DNA of 64,000 bases from Octopus bimaculoides (lineage: Eukaryota), in contig NC_068984.1 in the NCBI RefSeq assembly GCF_001194135.2, positions 92,828,809 through 92,892,808 of the forward strand, read 5' to 3'. This document shows positions 25,958 to 38,225 of the stretch, piece by piece. The stretch's first letter is position 1. Each line of letters starts with the position of its first letter. The notes under the pieces were generated by a model. The model worked only from the letters and a program-made list of their open reading frames with translations. It did no database searches and was not told where the DNA came from. The translations under genes and the position numbers were made by a program.

Positions 25958-27749
25958 CTGAAAAATATGGGGATACAAAATAAAATGGAATACAGAAATG
26001 AAATTAATTTGAGTGAACAAATATTATATATTCAAATTGATAATTCTTGTAGGAAATTTCGGAATCAAATTTACCTAGATTTAAAGATATTAAGTTACAG
26101 AAAATTGCGGAATAATAAAGATGGCAAATAGGAAAAAAAACAAAAGCAAGATAGCATCATGTTCATCATTTTGCATCCATTTTCCATACTGGGATAGGCT
26201 GGACAAATTGTTATGGTCTGAGTTGGTTCTTATTTGGAGTTAAGTCATACCACATGTTTCATTCACATAGTGGAAGGAACAGAGTGATAGGAGCAAGAGG
26301 GTGGTAGAGGAGGGAATAATAGAAGAGAGATGGCATGTATATGTCTGCTGGTAAGACTGAACAGAAACACAGCATGAACGGCATGGTGAACGATGAGAGA
26401 CTGAGAGGGCAGGATGGTAGAAGATGGAGTGAGAGAGATAGGTGAAGAGAGAGAATAATGTATGTTGTAAGCTGGAAATGTGTAGTGATGTATTTGTTTA
26501 GATCTGTGCAACTAGTAAGTTTTTCACAAAGAAGGGTTATGTGACCAATAATATTTTAACTGAACAAACCTGATTGACTGCTGATAGTAAATGCCAATAC
26601 GTTTATGTGTGTGTACATTTGATTGCATATATACATGAAAGATAGAGACAGGAAAAGTGTGGCTGGAACTCTGCACCAGCCAAAGATTTGGTTTGTAGCC
26701 CTCAGCAGAGTGTATCATAGGAACTTCCAATTGCCCTCTATGCTATACTTCTCTATCTCCTTCTTCTTTGTCAAATGCCTTAAATAATATTTCTCTCTTT
26801 CTATCTCCCTCTCTATCCTTGCATACATATATTAACCAAAGTAAATTCAGCTGATCTTACCAATTGGTTTCCTACTAGATATTAGGTAAGTGGGTGATTA
26901 TCTAATAGCTGTGCTCTCATCAGAGGTGGCAAATAGGAAAAGAATGGTGACTGCTCTCTTTTACTGGAGGTGGAGAAGTGTCATATCTGGTTTGTGGGTG
27001 CTGCGAAAAAGACAAAATGAAGTCACAGGAGTCAATTAAGCAAAATGTTTACTGCGAGTTATGTCTCTTGTCTCTCCCAAACCAGAAAGACTGGTGTTTC
27101 ATCAAAAATGTGATGGATTAACAAGTGTGTGGTGGGGCTGAAGGGGTCAAAATGTGTGTGTGTGAAGAGGATTTGGCAGGTGCTCATATCTTTAACCCCA
27201 TGGGTGAGTGCATACGAGTATGTGTATGGGACCTCAGGATATGATAGAGGAAGGACCAATAGTAGAGGTCCTGGCATTTATAATCATACTGGAGTTTGTA
27301 AGTAAGCCATCACATATCTTCTCTCATGACGTTTCACTCCAGACGTTTAGACAGGTATCTAAGAGTTTTTTAATAAAATATTTTTCTCAGCTAGGCATAG
27401 CCTGCACTTTCTGATACTGTTAAAATAAAGCATACCATATACTCCTCCAGGATTCTCAATTTCATGTTGTAATTTGTTGTACTTTCTTTCAATGACTGTA
27501 TAGGCCTAGCCAGGGCTGTAACATTGAGTCTCACCTGGGTATTTAGAAGATGACTAATGGTAATTACTCCAATTTCACATATGATTAACATCTCTCTGAG
27601 CCTCTTCATTGTCAATGGCATTTCTGACATTCTATCTATGACCTCTCAGATAACTATTCAGTCCCACTGCAGATCTACATGATTTGAAATATAGGTGACA
27701 GACTATAGATTGATTGGATCACTTTGTGAAATAAGACCCATGTGAATCA

Positions 27750-29640
27750 CTATATGTCTCTTCAGTCATGAAATCAACTTGCAAACCCTTTCATACACTA
27801 CACATGTTGAATCAATTAGTCTAGAAGGAAGAATGTTGCATACAGTTGATTTTTCATCAGACTTTAGATGGTTGACATACTCAACCTTGGAAAGGAGTAC
27901 ATGGCCACATGTGTCACATCATCAACATTTTATGTTCTCATTTGGATTTCTGAAGACAGTCCCTCTGAAGTCAGTATTTTAGGGTTTTGTGTACAAGGCA
28001 ACCTTCTTCAAAAGTTTTACAAACTTTCCTTATGTGCTTCCTCCACTCAACTTTTCCAAAGCTAGTTCTTCCCTTCCAGTTCTTTACATTGATCTGCAGG
28101 TCCTTCAGGTTGCCTTTTATGTAGTCTTTGTATCATTTTGTGGTCTGTACTGAGGATGCATTCCCAAGCATAGCTCACCATAGAACAGCAGCTTTGGAAT
28201 TTTATTATCTTCCATACACAGAACATAGTCTGTCCAATGTATCTGAATAGATATGATGAGTAACTAGATGCTTGCAAATTCTGTCTTTGCAAGGACTTCT
28301 GTGTCAGGTGTTTTAGTTTGTCCCTTAATATTAAGTATGTATCTCAAACATTTTTGGTGCATGTTCAAGCAGCTTCAGATGCCTAGGGTGTACTGTTGAC
28401 GTTTCAGAAGAATACAACTGAGCTATTGATAGACATGCCTTGTAAATGCTCTACTTAGTCTCTTTAGTAATGCTGTAATTTGCCCAGATTCTCTTTTCAA
28501 GTTTCACAAATGCTACAGATGCTTTCTGAATGTGTAGATGTATTTTTGCATCTAGGGAGTCAACTCTTGACAACATGCTGCCAGCGTAAACAAAGATATC
28601 AGCTACATCCAATCTTGTACCATATACTACAATACCTGGCTCAATGTACAGTTCACCTGGTTCACGTGTGAACATTACCTTGGTTTTGTTTTTTTTCTGA
28701 ATTATTTTAAATCCAAAGATGAAGTATCAAAACAAGTATATGAAATATCAAAACAATCCACAATGTGAGCCATGAAGTCAACATCTTTGTAAAGGAGTTT
28801 CCTGTTCAAAGTTTCAAATGTTTTTGAATTGATGCTGAACCTTCTCAAGTTGAAGACTCTTCCAGTAGTTCTGAACTGCAAGAGGACACCCTTATCACAG
28901 TCATGGAATGCATGTGTAAGCAGGGCAGCAAAGACTACCAAAAAGAGTGTGAGAGCAAGAATATCACTTTGGAGTTTCATGAAACAGTTTTCTGATAAAG
29001 GCAGTCCAAGCCTTTGTGTCTTTGTGCAACTGCTTAAACATACTGACAATCATTCCCAGGATTGTTCACAGTGCACCTCTGTTAACTGTATCAAAAGCTT
29101 TCAATAAGTAAAGACTTGATATAAAGATACCTGCATTTCTCTTGTATCTGTCTTGCAGAGAATATCATGTCAATTGTTCCTCTACCTGATCTAAAGCCAC
29201 TTTATGATTCAGGGACGACTATAGGACAAATATCTTCCATCTGCTTATTCAACAAAAGTCTGGCAAGCACTTTGCCAATAGCTTCCAGGAGTGTGATGCC
29301 ACAGTGCTAGTCACAAATTCCTTTTTCCTTTATACCCTCAAACAAAGACACTAAAATGTCATCACTCTAATCTTTTGGTATAAGGGTTCCAGTTCAACAC
29401 TTAGTGATGAGATTAAATACTACATGAGTAACTCTTTTGCTTCCAGCCTTCAGCAGTTCAACAACAAAATTATCTCAGTTAGGTACTTTACCAGTATTTA
29501 ACTTTTTGAGAACCATTTTCACCTCATCATAAGATGGTAATTGATTCACTGTCAAATAAATCAATGAAGTGTTGTTGCCATTGCTGCAGGGCTTTTGCTG
29601 GTTCTTTGATAATAGTAGTGTTATCCTTGGACTCCAGAAG
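27750..29640 (-). mobile_element. RTE-clade LINE fragment
   Basis: FRTTGRVFNLRR and LDVADIFVYAGSMLSR...IQKASVAF.KLEKRIW. Confidence 0.82.
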
Positions 29641-29803
29641 AACAAAAGTAGAGCTTACCGGGCCAAATGCTTCATGTAGAAAACTTTAAAACATACTTTC
29701 TTACATACATACATAAATACATATCTTGCTTCAGGTGTTTGCTGTAACTCATCTTCAATAACTGAGTGCATTTTGAATGCAGTTATATCCATCAACAAGT
29801 GAA

Positions 29804-30371
29804 TGTGTAGTGACGTCATCTTGAGAGTCTTCAGCACGCATGCGCAGGGCTGGAATCTTCTGGAAGGCCTTCTGGAAGTTTCCTCATGTGCATGCATGGA
29901 AAACTGGCTTGAAAAAAGTTCCCTCACGTCCCTTGCGTCTCTGACTCGAGACGCAACCGCTGAACCTTGCAGACATGTTTTATTAGCAGTTCGCCTACGC
30001 TCCTGTCCCAGACGCTTGGAATTTGATCAGCTCTGATTCTTACTGGAGTTTCTGTGAAGTTGTCTTCACAAAGTCTTATTAACTCCAGCTTTGTTGCTTT
30101 TATACCAGACCTGTTTTCTAACTGTTCCAAGTTTTAATATCGACTTCATAAGAATTATTAACTCCAACTTTGCTGCTTTTATACCAGACCTGTCTTCTGA
30201 ATATTCCAAGTTATATTGTCGACCTCATAAGAATGGTTAACTCCAGATTTGCTGCTTTTTCACCAGACATGGTTATTGGTTGTCCCGAGCTGTACATTTT
30301 GTACATACCAGAATAAAGAGCGTTTTATGTTCGGGTGCTTTCTTGTTCTGATAATTTTGTTTCTTTAAACA
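29804..30371 (+). mobile_element. Solo-LTR-like or TE-borne regulatory cassette
   Basis: TG...CA-compatible ends, CRE, NRF1-like and HSE motifs, three ~78-bp repeats and AATAAA near the right end. No TSD found. Confidence 0.35.
29852..29883. promoter_or_regulatory. Two perfect heat-shock elements
   Basis: GAAtcTTCtgGAA (29853-29865) and TTCtgGAAgtTTC (29870-29882). Confidence 0.5.
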
Positions 30372-30899
30372 TTGATGTAAGGAATTGTGTAGCACCCTTC
30401 CAGTGCCAACATAAATTCAAATCTTACAAATTTTTGACAATGACTTCAAGGTTAGTTCTCTTTTGTTTCCTTCTAAAAATTTTATTAAACTTGCCCATCA
30501 ATGCATCAGCACAAAAAAAGTGTATAGCTTTTGTATGAAGCCTAAACAGCTAACAGCTTCAACACAGCAAGAAGCAGTAGCATATTCAACATGAATCAAC
30601 AAATGAGCAGCACAAGGAATGAAAACTGTAGCCAAGTTCTTTTTCTTAAATCTGGTTTGCATTCCTCTGCAGTGATTGGATATATTACTGGTGCTGTCAT
30701 AGGACTACCCTGGAGTCTTCAAAATTTATACCTTATTTTCTAAGAAATTCTAACTCAGATGTAGCCACTGTTTCTACTTTATGAGAACCAGTCTGAAGGA
30801 AATTTGAAAACCTTTCTATCAGCATTCTGGAAACAGTGTATCACACAATAACTGTTAGCTGATCAACATGAGCACAGTCTGACAAATACTTGGAAGTTT

Positions 30900-31920
30900 T
30901 AAGTTCTGCTACAATATGATTTATATATTTTACATTTAACAGAATAATTTCTTCATAGATGGTAGTAGAGATAAGTACGACTGCTTACCATTTCTGGGAT
31001 TGTCAAACTCTTTCAAGTGACCCCTTAGAAATGGATCAAATTATGCAATAAGTTTTGTAATTCCTTCAAATTCCCATTATGCTTAGATCCTATGATCTCT
31101 TCACTAACCCTAAATGCCAGGCCTCTCTCAGCTAGAAATATTGTCATATCCACAACACAGCATGTTATTTCAGTCCAGTATTTCTTATTTACCTGCACTT
31201 GTTTTTCCAACTCCCTACAAATATGAGAACACTCCTTACACAAAATCTCTGTGACTTTGACTTTGATCATGTTTTTATATTCTCTTCTGCTATTTTTCCA
31301 ATAATTAGAGCTATCCTTGTCAGAAAACCTGTCATGGCAGCTTGACATCAAAGTTCAGTAAAAGCAATAAACTGCACTTCTTGATGGGCTGTACTGGATC
31401 CACTTTTTCAAATGCTGATCACCATTGTCACAAATAGTATAAAACATAGAATTTTTAAAATAATGGTAGTGCCCATTCAGTTTGCTTTCACCTTTGTTTA
31501 TAACGATGTGAAGATTCTGGCTTCATGGACACATACTTTTCTCTGACAGAAAACTACCTGGTTTGGTCTAGATCCTAAGATGGCACTTAGCTATCCCTGT
31601 CAGTAGGATGCAGTGATTCTTCATCTTCAATATCTTGAGTTGATGTCTTTCTCATATTTTTGCAGATGCACATGGGATTGCAGCTAGTTTCTCAAAAGAG
31701 AAACTGATTTTTTATTAAGTTTAGTTTCTAAGTTTTCCTTTTTTAGAGCAATGAAAAGTTCTGCAAGGTGTTGAGTCTTTGCCAATACTGTAGCATTTTT
31801 TTCACTTCTTTCTTTGGAAATGTTTTTGGAGACAGCTGAATATTCTGTGATATACTGGATATTCTGTGTGAAAATATCCGAATAAAAGCAAGGAGAAAAT
31901 AGACTCAAAAACAAAACAGT
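30900..31920 (-). mobile_element. hAT transposase remnant (TTF-type zinc finger and DUF4371-like region)
   Basis: SPSRSAVYCF-like motif and IFLAERGLAFR.SEEIIGSKHNGN. Confidence 0.75.
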
Positions 31921-33269
31921 AACTGATAATAGCCATGTAAACCCATTTCATTTAATCAAGCCACAGGCATAACCAAAATCAGACTGTTTACACATACTCC
32001 TGTAATTCTTACATCTGGTGCAGGTAAGTAGGTCTGCAACCAAAGTAAATGAAATGTTAACAGAAAAGGGTTCAAGTGATTAACAGCAAACTGAGGATTA
32101 CAGATTAAGAGTTTTGTTTCCATTTAATTACTTTTCTTCAAAATTACATTTCAGTTTTGTGAGGCTGTAGAAACAAAGTGCCATTAAACACTTCAGAAAA
32201 ATGATAGGTTTGAAAAGGAATTGTGTATTTCATGGATCCCTCTGAACTTCAAACAACCAAGTAGTGATATTTGAGCTTACAATTCTGACAATGATGAAAA
32301 TATAGAAAAAGAAAAAAGAGGAGAGATTAGGTTAAATGGAAAACAAAAATTTGAACAAGTCAGGTTAAATGGAAAACAAAAATTTGAACAAGTCATATTC
32401 CACAGTAATGTTATATGAAACAGAAAATTATATAATTAAAACATTACAATTTCAGAAGCCAAACAGTCTTACCTATTTTTGGTAAATATGACCAATGTAC
32501 CAAATGACTACCAACTACCAAATGAACAGAATAATAACTTTAGAGAGCAGCAATGTGTGTCAGTGCATGTTTGTTTGTGTATGCATGCCTGTGCATGTGT
32601 ATGTTTCAATTGCAAGTACAAAAGCCTGAAATTGATGGGTCATCGTAGGGTCAAACAACATTCATTCATCCATCTATCTATCTGTGTGCTAGTTGTAGTG
32701 TTCTCACCTTAAGTTTGAGGAAGGGATTTTTCTTGTGGAGTTGATTGTAACGTGCTTTCTCCACCACAAGGCAAAAAGCTTTGAGGTGGTTAGTATTCCC
32801 ACACACTAGACATTTAGGATTTTTCCCTCTATAAACACTGACATCTGCTTGCATTCCCAGAAACAGAGAATTTTCAGGAATGTGATTTATTTCTTCTGGA
32901 GAAGTTTATATCTGGAATTCCATAAGAATTTCAGTCCTGTTCAGTTGTGAGGTGGACTTTATGTCCACAATCTCCTCCAGAATGGCTAAGACTCTTGCCT
33001 GATTTCAAGTCTACCTTTTACCCATATAATGGGGAATAATTATAAAGTTTGGAATATCCAAGTGATTGTAGCCATTCTTCTGGCTTCTTGCTCACTGCTG
33101 TATATAGCAGTTAACAACTCATATGGTTTTCCTTTATATATGTATAACACAAAGGGCCACACATCTTGAAGGCATTTTCCTGTGTTTGCCAGAGTAGGAA
33201 ATATAAGTTTTCCCTCCTTGTGAGAAGCACATTTACACAATGGTTTTGCATATGCAGGCTGCGTGGTTA

Positions 33270-33400
33270 GGAAGCTTGCTTCTCAACTACATGGCTTCTG
33301 GTACAGTTCCACTGCATGGTACCTTGCACAAGTGTTTTCTGCTATAGCCTCAGGCTGACCAAAGCCGTTTGGCTGAATTTGGTGGAAGTTCCTGTCGTGT
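33270..33400 (-). mobile_element. SINE 5' fragment
   Basis: Similar to the SINE head of the other copies. Confidence 0.6.
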
Positions 33401-35559
33401 GTGTATATGTGTGTAAAAGTGCTCGTGCTTCCTAAGAGAGAGGAGAGAAAATTAGTTTTTTCCATCTCACTAAGGGACATAACACCTGGTTTTACACCAT
33501 TTTTGTACTGGAGGACTTTACTTTTCAGATCTTGCACTGAATCCATAATCCACTGGCTAACTGCCCTTGAAAAAAATAAAGAGTTATTATCATGGGTTTT
33601 TTATGTTGTTATTGTTGCTGCTGTTGTTTTTCATACAGTTTTTGTTGTTATTACTACTGCTACCATTGATGACTGCATTCTTGTTTTCACTATTGTTGTT
33701 TCTGTTGCTGGTGCGATGGCTCTTGTACACATTATCATTACTGTTGTTGCTGTTGTTACTATCATTGCTGTTACTTGTATCTTTGCAGGTCATAGAAACA
33801 AGATGAAATTCCATTGCTTTGTGCCAATAAGTTTATTTTAATTCAGACCTTTCTGCCATTGGTGTAATTTTCAAATTGGAAAAATATACATAATATTTGT
33901 TTCCACACAAATGTAAAATAAATATCTCTGAGTTACACTCACAAAAGGAAAAACATTCCCTTCAGAATACCCTATCTAGATATGATCTTGATGACCTTAT
34001 GCAGTTTGACCAGGTCCACATTGGCATGTCAGGGAAATCCAGTGGATACCTGTCAGACAGTTGGAATCATCTGAACAGTTTTGCAATGTTTTTGCACTCT
34101 CCACCCTTGTCTGCTAAATCCACACAATTCCAGCATGTATCTAAGATTCCAATCCAGTCTCTCATTAACGCTAGAGAATGAGATACTCCCAGAAAAGTTT
34201 TCAGATGCCTGAAGAAATCTGGTTTCCATATTATGGAGATAAGAAGTAAAACTTACTTGGTTTGTGTGAAGGGGCAATTTGTCTAGCTCTCTGGTTTGAT
34301 TGGGGTGTTTCCACCAACAGACCACCACATATTTGCTTGGTGATGTTCCTTCAAAAGTCACTGATTTCCTGTGGGAATTTAGCTTTTAGGTTTGTATATG
34401 TGTCTTGTATTGTTCAAATGATTTGTATGTGTTGTAGGTAGCAAGATGGTGGGTGTTGTAAAATTTGTTTGTGTTATGCTGGTGTGAGTTTTTTTGTAAT
34501 TCATGAAATTTTATAATGTAGTTTGTAATGCTACTTTCTTTACTTTGTGTTTGTGTTTGTTGTTGTTGTTGTGTATTTGGGATGAGTTGTGTTTGTAATG
34601 TTGGTGGTTGTGGTGGTGTTTTAAGTGTTTGTGGCAGTAGTGTGGATGTAGTGCTTGTTTCATGTGTTTTTTGCCTTGCAGCTTTTATTTGTTTTCCTCT
34701 CCACTTTTTGTGGATTTGAGAGATGGGGATGTGGATTTATACCAGGTGTTGAGAGGCTAAATTGTGATAGATAAATAAGCACAGGTACATTACTAAAGAG
34801 GAGATGCATGACAATACCATGTTATATAAAGGTGGGTAGGAGTAACTGGAAAAAGGAAAAAGATGGTGGTAACAAGGCACTAGAGAATACTTTCAATATA
34901 CAAGAAGGTGAGTAGAAAAGAGAATATAGACAGAGAGTAACAAATGGTTATGAATGGTAGTAGAAGTAAATATAATGATTGATGAACAAAAGTGGAAGTG
35001 TAATTGATGGAAAATATCAGTATGGAAGTGGAAAGAGATGACAAGCAGAGCCAGTAGATAGATAAGAAAGTAGGGAGATGATATGATGGTTGTAAGAGTG
35101 AAGGTGAGATATACTGTGATAGACATGGAGATCAGGGGTGCATAAGGGTAACTTTAGTGAAAGGGAATGACAGTGTGGGGGAAGGAACACTGATGAAAAA
35201 TAGCAAAGAGTATTGAGAATGATAGCAGATATGAAAGATAACTGAAGCACAGAAACGAGGTGATCAGTGGAAAATAGTGTAAAAAGAGATGATATGAGAA
35301 TGAAGGATGAATGTGAAAAGGAAGTGGTTCGAGAGAGAAAAGGAGGTACATGATTGTGATAAAAATAGAATATGCCAATTCTGCTCTCAAGAGATCAGAG
35401 CATCAGAGTAGTGCTATAGTTAGAAGACTGATGGATGGATGGGAGCTTGGAGGATGAGATGTAATTTTTCATGTGATATATTAGGTGTGAGGGTGGGGCT
35501 CAGCATGTACAGATATAGACAATATGCTTTTAGGACCTCATTTTCACTGATAGATGAAT

Positions 35560-36830
35560 TTTCTTGAGCACAGTGAATCACCAATCATCTCAGTCCTTTG
35601 TCATCTCTTCCAAGAGGCTCAACATATTGAGATCAGCCTTCATTACTTCATCCTATATCTTCCTGGGTCACCATCTTCCACAAGTTTCATCCACTTTAAG
35701 TGACTGGCACTTCTTTATATAGCTGTCCTCATCGACATCCAGCAAATGACCAAACCAGTACAATTTTCTCTCTTACACACTATATCTGATTCATCTCATA
35801 CCTAATTTTTCTTTAACACTTTCGCATTTTGTCATACATACACACTAATGTTGCATATATAATGGAGTATACTAGTTTCATTTCTCTCTAGCCATTGCAT
35901 GTCCTCTGTATTCAGGGTCCACATCTCATTACCATGTAGTAGTGTTGTTTGTAACCAAGCATCATACAATCTGCCTTTCACTCTGAGAGTGTCTATTATT
36001 ACTACTTTTAGGGATCCCTTCTGATGTTTGTGTCTATTTTTTGTACATTCCTGGTGTTTAATGTACCTGTACATCTGCTACATGTAAAGACTACTTTCTC
36101 TGTTAATCTTCCAGTAATACTGCTACACCACTTATATGTCCATAGCTTGCACTGGGTACACTGTATGGAGTTTCTCCCAATACCTTTTCTACATATTGAG
36201 CTGTGACTTGTCTATTTTCCTACTTATTAGGACTTTGGTCTTTGCTAAATTAAATCTAAGGTCCTTTGATTCCGGACCTTGCTTCCATACCTGAAATTTC
36301 TTCTCTAGTTCTGGTAGTGATTCAACAATAAGAACAAGGTCATCAGTGTAGAGAAGCTCCCAGGAGCAGCCAGTCTTAAATTCCTGGAGGATTATGATAA
36401 ACCAATCCCTGGTGGACTCCTACTTGTACACTAAATTCCTTGCTATACTCATTGCTGACCTTCACTTTATTGGCAGCATCCCTGTACATGACCTTTACAG
36501 CTCTCATTGATCACTCATCTATCCCTAGCTTCTGCATTGCCTACCAGAAAAGGGAGCAGGAGGCCCTGTCAAAAGCTTTCTCCATGTCAACAAAAGCCAA
36601 ATACAGAGGTTTATTTTTGGCCAAGTACTTCTCCTGAAATTGCCTCACCAGAAATATAGCATCAGTGGTGCTTCTACCTGGCACAAATTCAAACTCATTT
36701 TATCTAGGTTAATTCTCCTTTATTAATTGAACTATGACTCTTTCTGTAACTTTCATCACCTGATCCAGCCTCTGTAATTATCACCTTTACTTTTGTAGCA
36801 GTTGACTATAATGTTGCTACACCAGTCATT
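35560..36830 (-). mobile_element. RTE LINE fragment, same family as 19570-22320
   Basis: Collinear similarity; GRLYDAWLQTTLLHGNEMW. Confidence 0.85.
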
Positions 36831-37817
36831 GGGCATGACTTCCGTCCCGCACAGCCTGCATTACCTTTTGATGGTACGGCACATTATGTATTTGGATATG
36901 TGACAGTGTACATATGTACTTGTGTATGAGTGAATAGATATGTGTGTGCATATATGAGTATGCATGCATAGGTATGAATTTATACAGGTGAGTCATGGTC
37001 TCTGCAACCCATCTAAGAAAGTTGTGATTCTGAATAAAAACTGATACAATGTAAAAGGGACACTAGTTTTAATAGACACCTAATGGTTGTAGGAAGGGCA
37101 TCAAGTCTGTAAAACATGCAAAGCTCTAATTCAATGAAAATCCTTAACTGCATATTCAGGGTTAACACCCAGCATGCTAATGCTGTGTATGGTAATGGAG
37201 AGGTCAGGAGAAAACATCTGGCCATGTGCAAGAACCCCTTGAATGTCATCAAGTGATTATACATTTCCTTTCAAGTGCAAAAAAGAGACCACAAGCATCA
37301 GCCCTCCTACCACAGGTTATTCTCTTAGGTGAAAATTTGGGATGCAACTATTAATGATAGTACAGTGAAAGGTAGATCTAGTGAGATTGTAGAGATGTTA
37401 GAGCAGAGGCAGAGGATGATGATTTCAAAGGGTATGTGGGCCAGTACCAAGATGGCTACTTAAAAGTACATGACAACTGGTTTCTTGAGCTCTGTGAAAT
37501 AAACTATCTGCAATATAAATTTCAGGAAACCAATGAGCCAACTGATACCTTTGAATCAGGTGAATATGCAGGTCAGATAGACTTCATTCTCTCTAGAAAA
37601 TGAGATGGGCTGATGATTGTAAATACCAAGTATTTCCTTGTGAAGAATATACCACCTAACATAGATTAGGGATTAATGATTTTAGAATAAAATTTAGATG
37701 GGCAGAAAGACAAGGGACAATCCAGGGAAAGAAGATGGGGAAACTGAAAGATTGTCCTCATATGGTCAGGCAAAGAACAATCAGGTGATGGCATTACTTG
37801 AAATCAAGCTGCAACTA

Positions 37818-37892
<75 letters not shown>

Positions 37893-37953
37893 NNNNNNNN
37901 NNNNNNNNNNNNNNNNNNNNNNNNNNNNNNNNNNNNNNNNNNNNNNNNNTTTA

Positions 37954-38126
37954 GGTGCAGGAGTGGCTGTGTGGTAAGTAGCTTGCTTACCAACCACATG
38001 GTTCCAGGTTCGTTCCCACTGTGTGGCAACTTCGGCAAGTGTCTTCTTCTGTAGCCTCGGGCCGACCAAAGCCTTTTGAGTGGATTTGGTAGACGGAAAC
38101 TGAAAGAAGCCCGTCGTATATATGTG

Positions 38127-38159
<33 letters not shown>

Positions 38160-38225
38160 CTGTGTTTGTTCCCCCAACATCGCTTAACAACCGATGCTGG
38201 TGTATTTATGTCCCCGTAACTTAGC
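37954..38225 (+). mobile_element. tRNA-derived SINE
   Basis: GGTGCAGGAGTGGCTGTGTGGTAAG (A-box-like), GGTTCGTTCCC (B-box-like) and GGCCGACCAAAGCC body. Confidence 0.9.

Noticed and set aside
33040-33240. ORF containing WPF as the missing DIPK2A exon
   Set aside because: It lacks the GxCG motif and suitable splice sites; the true exon is 43480-43602.
33560-33830. Hydrophobic poly-Leu/Val ORFs as membrane proteins, also 3666-3884
   Set aside because: Degenerate GTT/ATT trinucleotide repeats with no splice or homology support.
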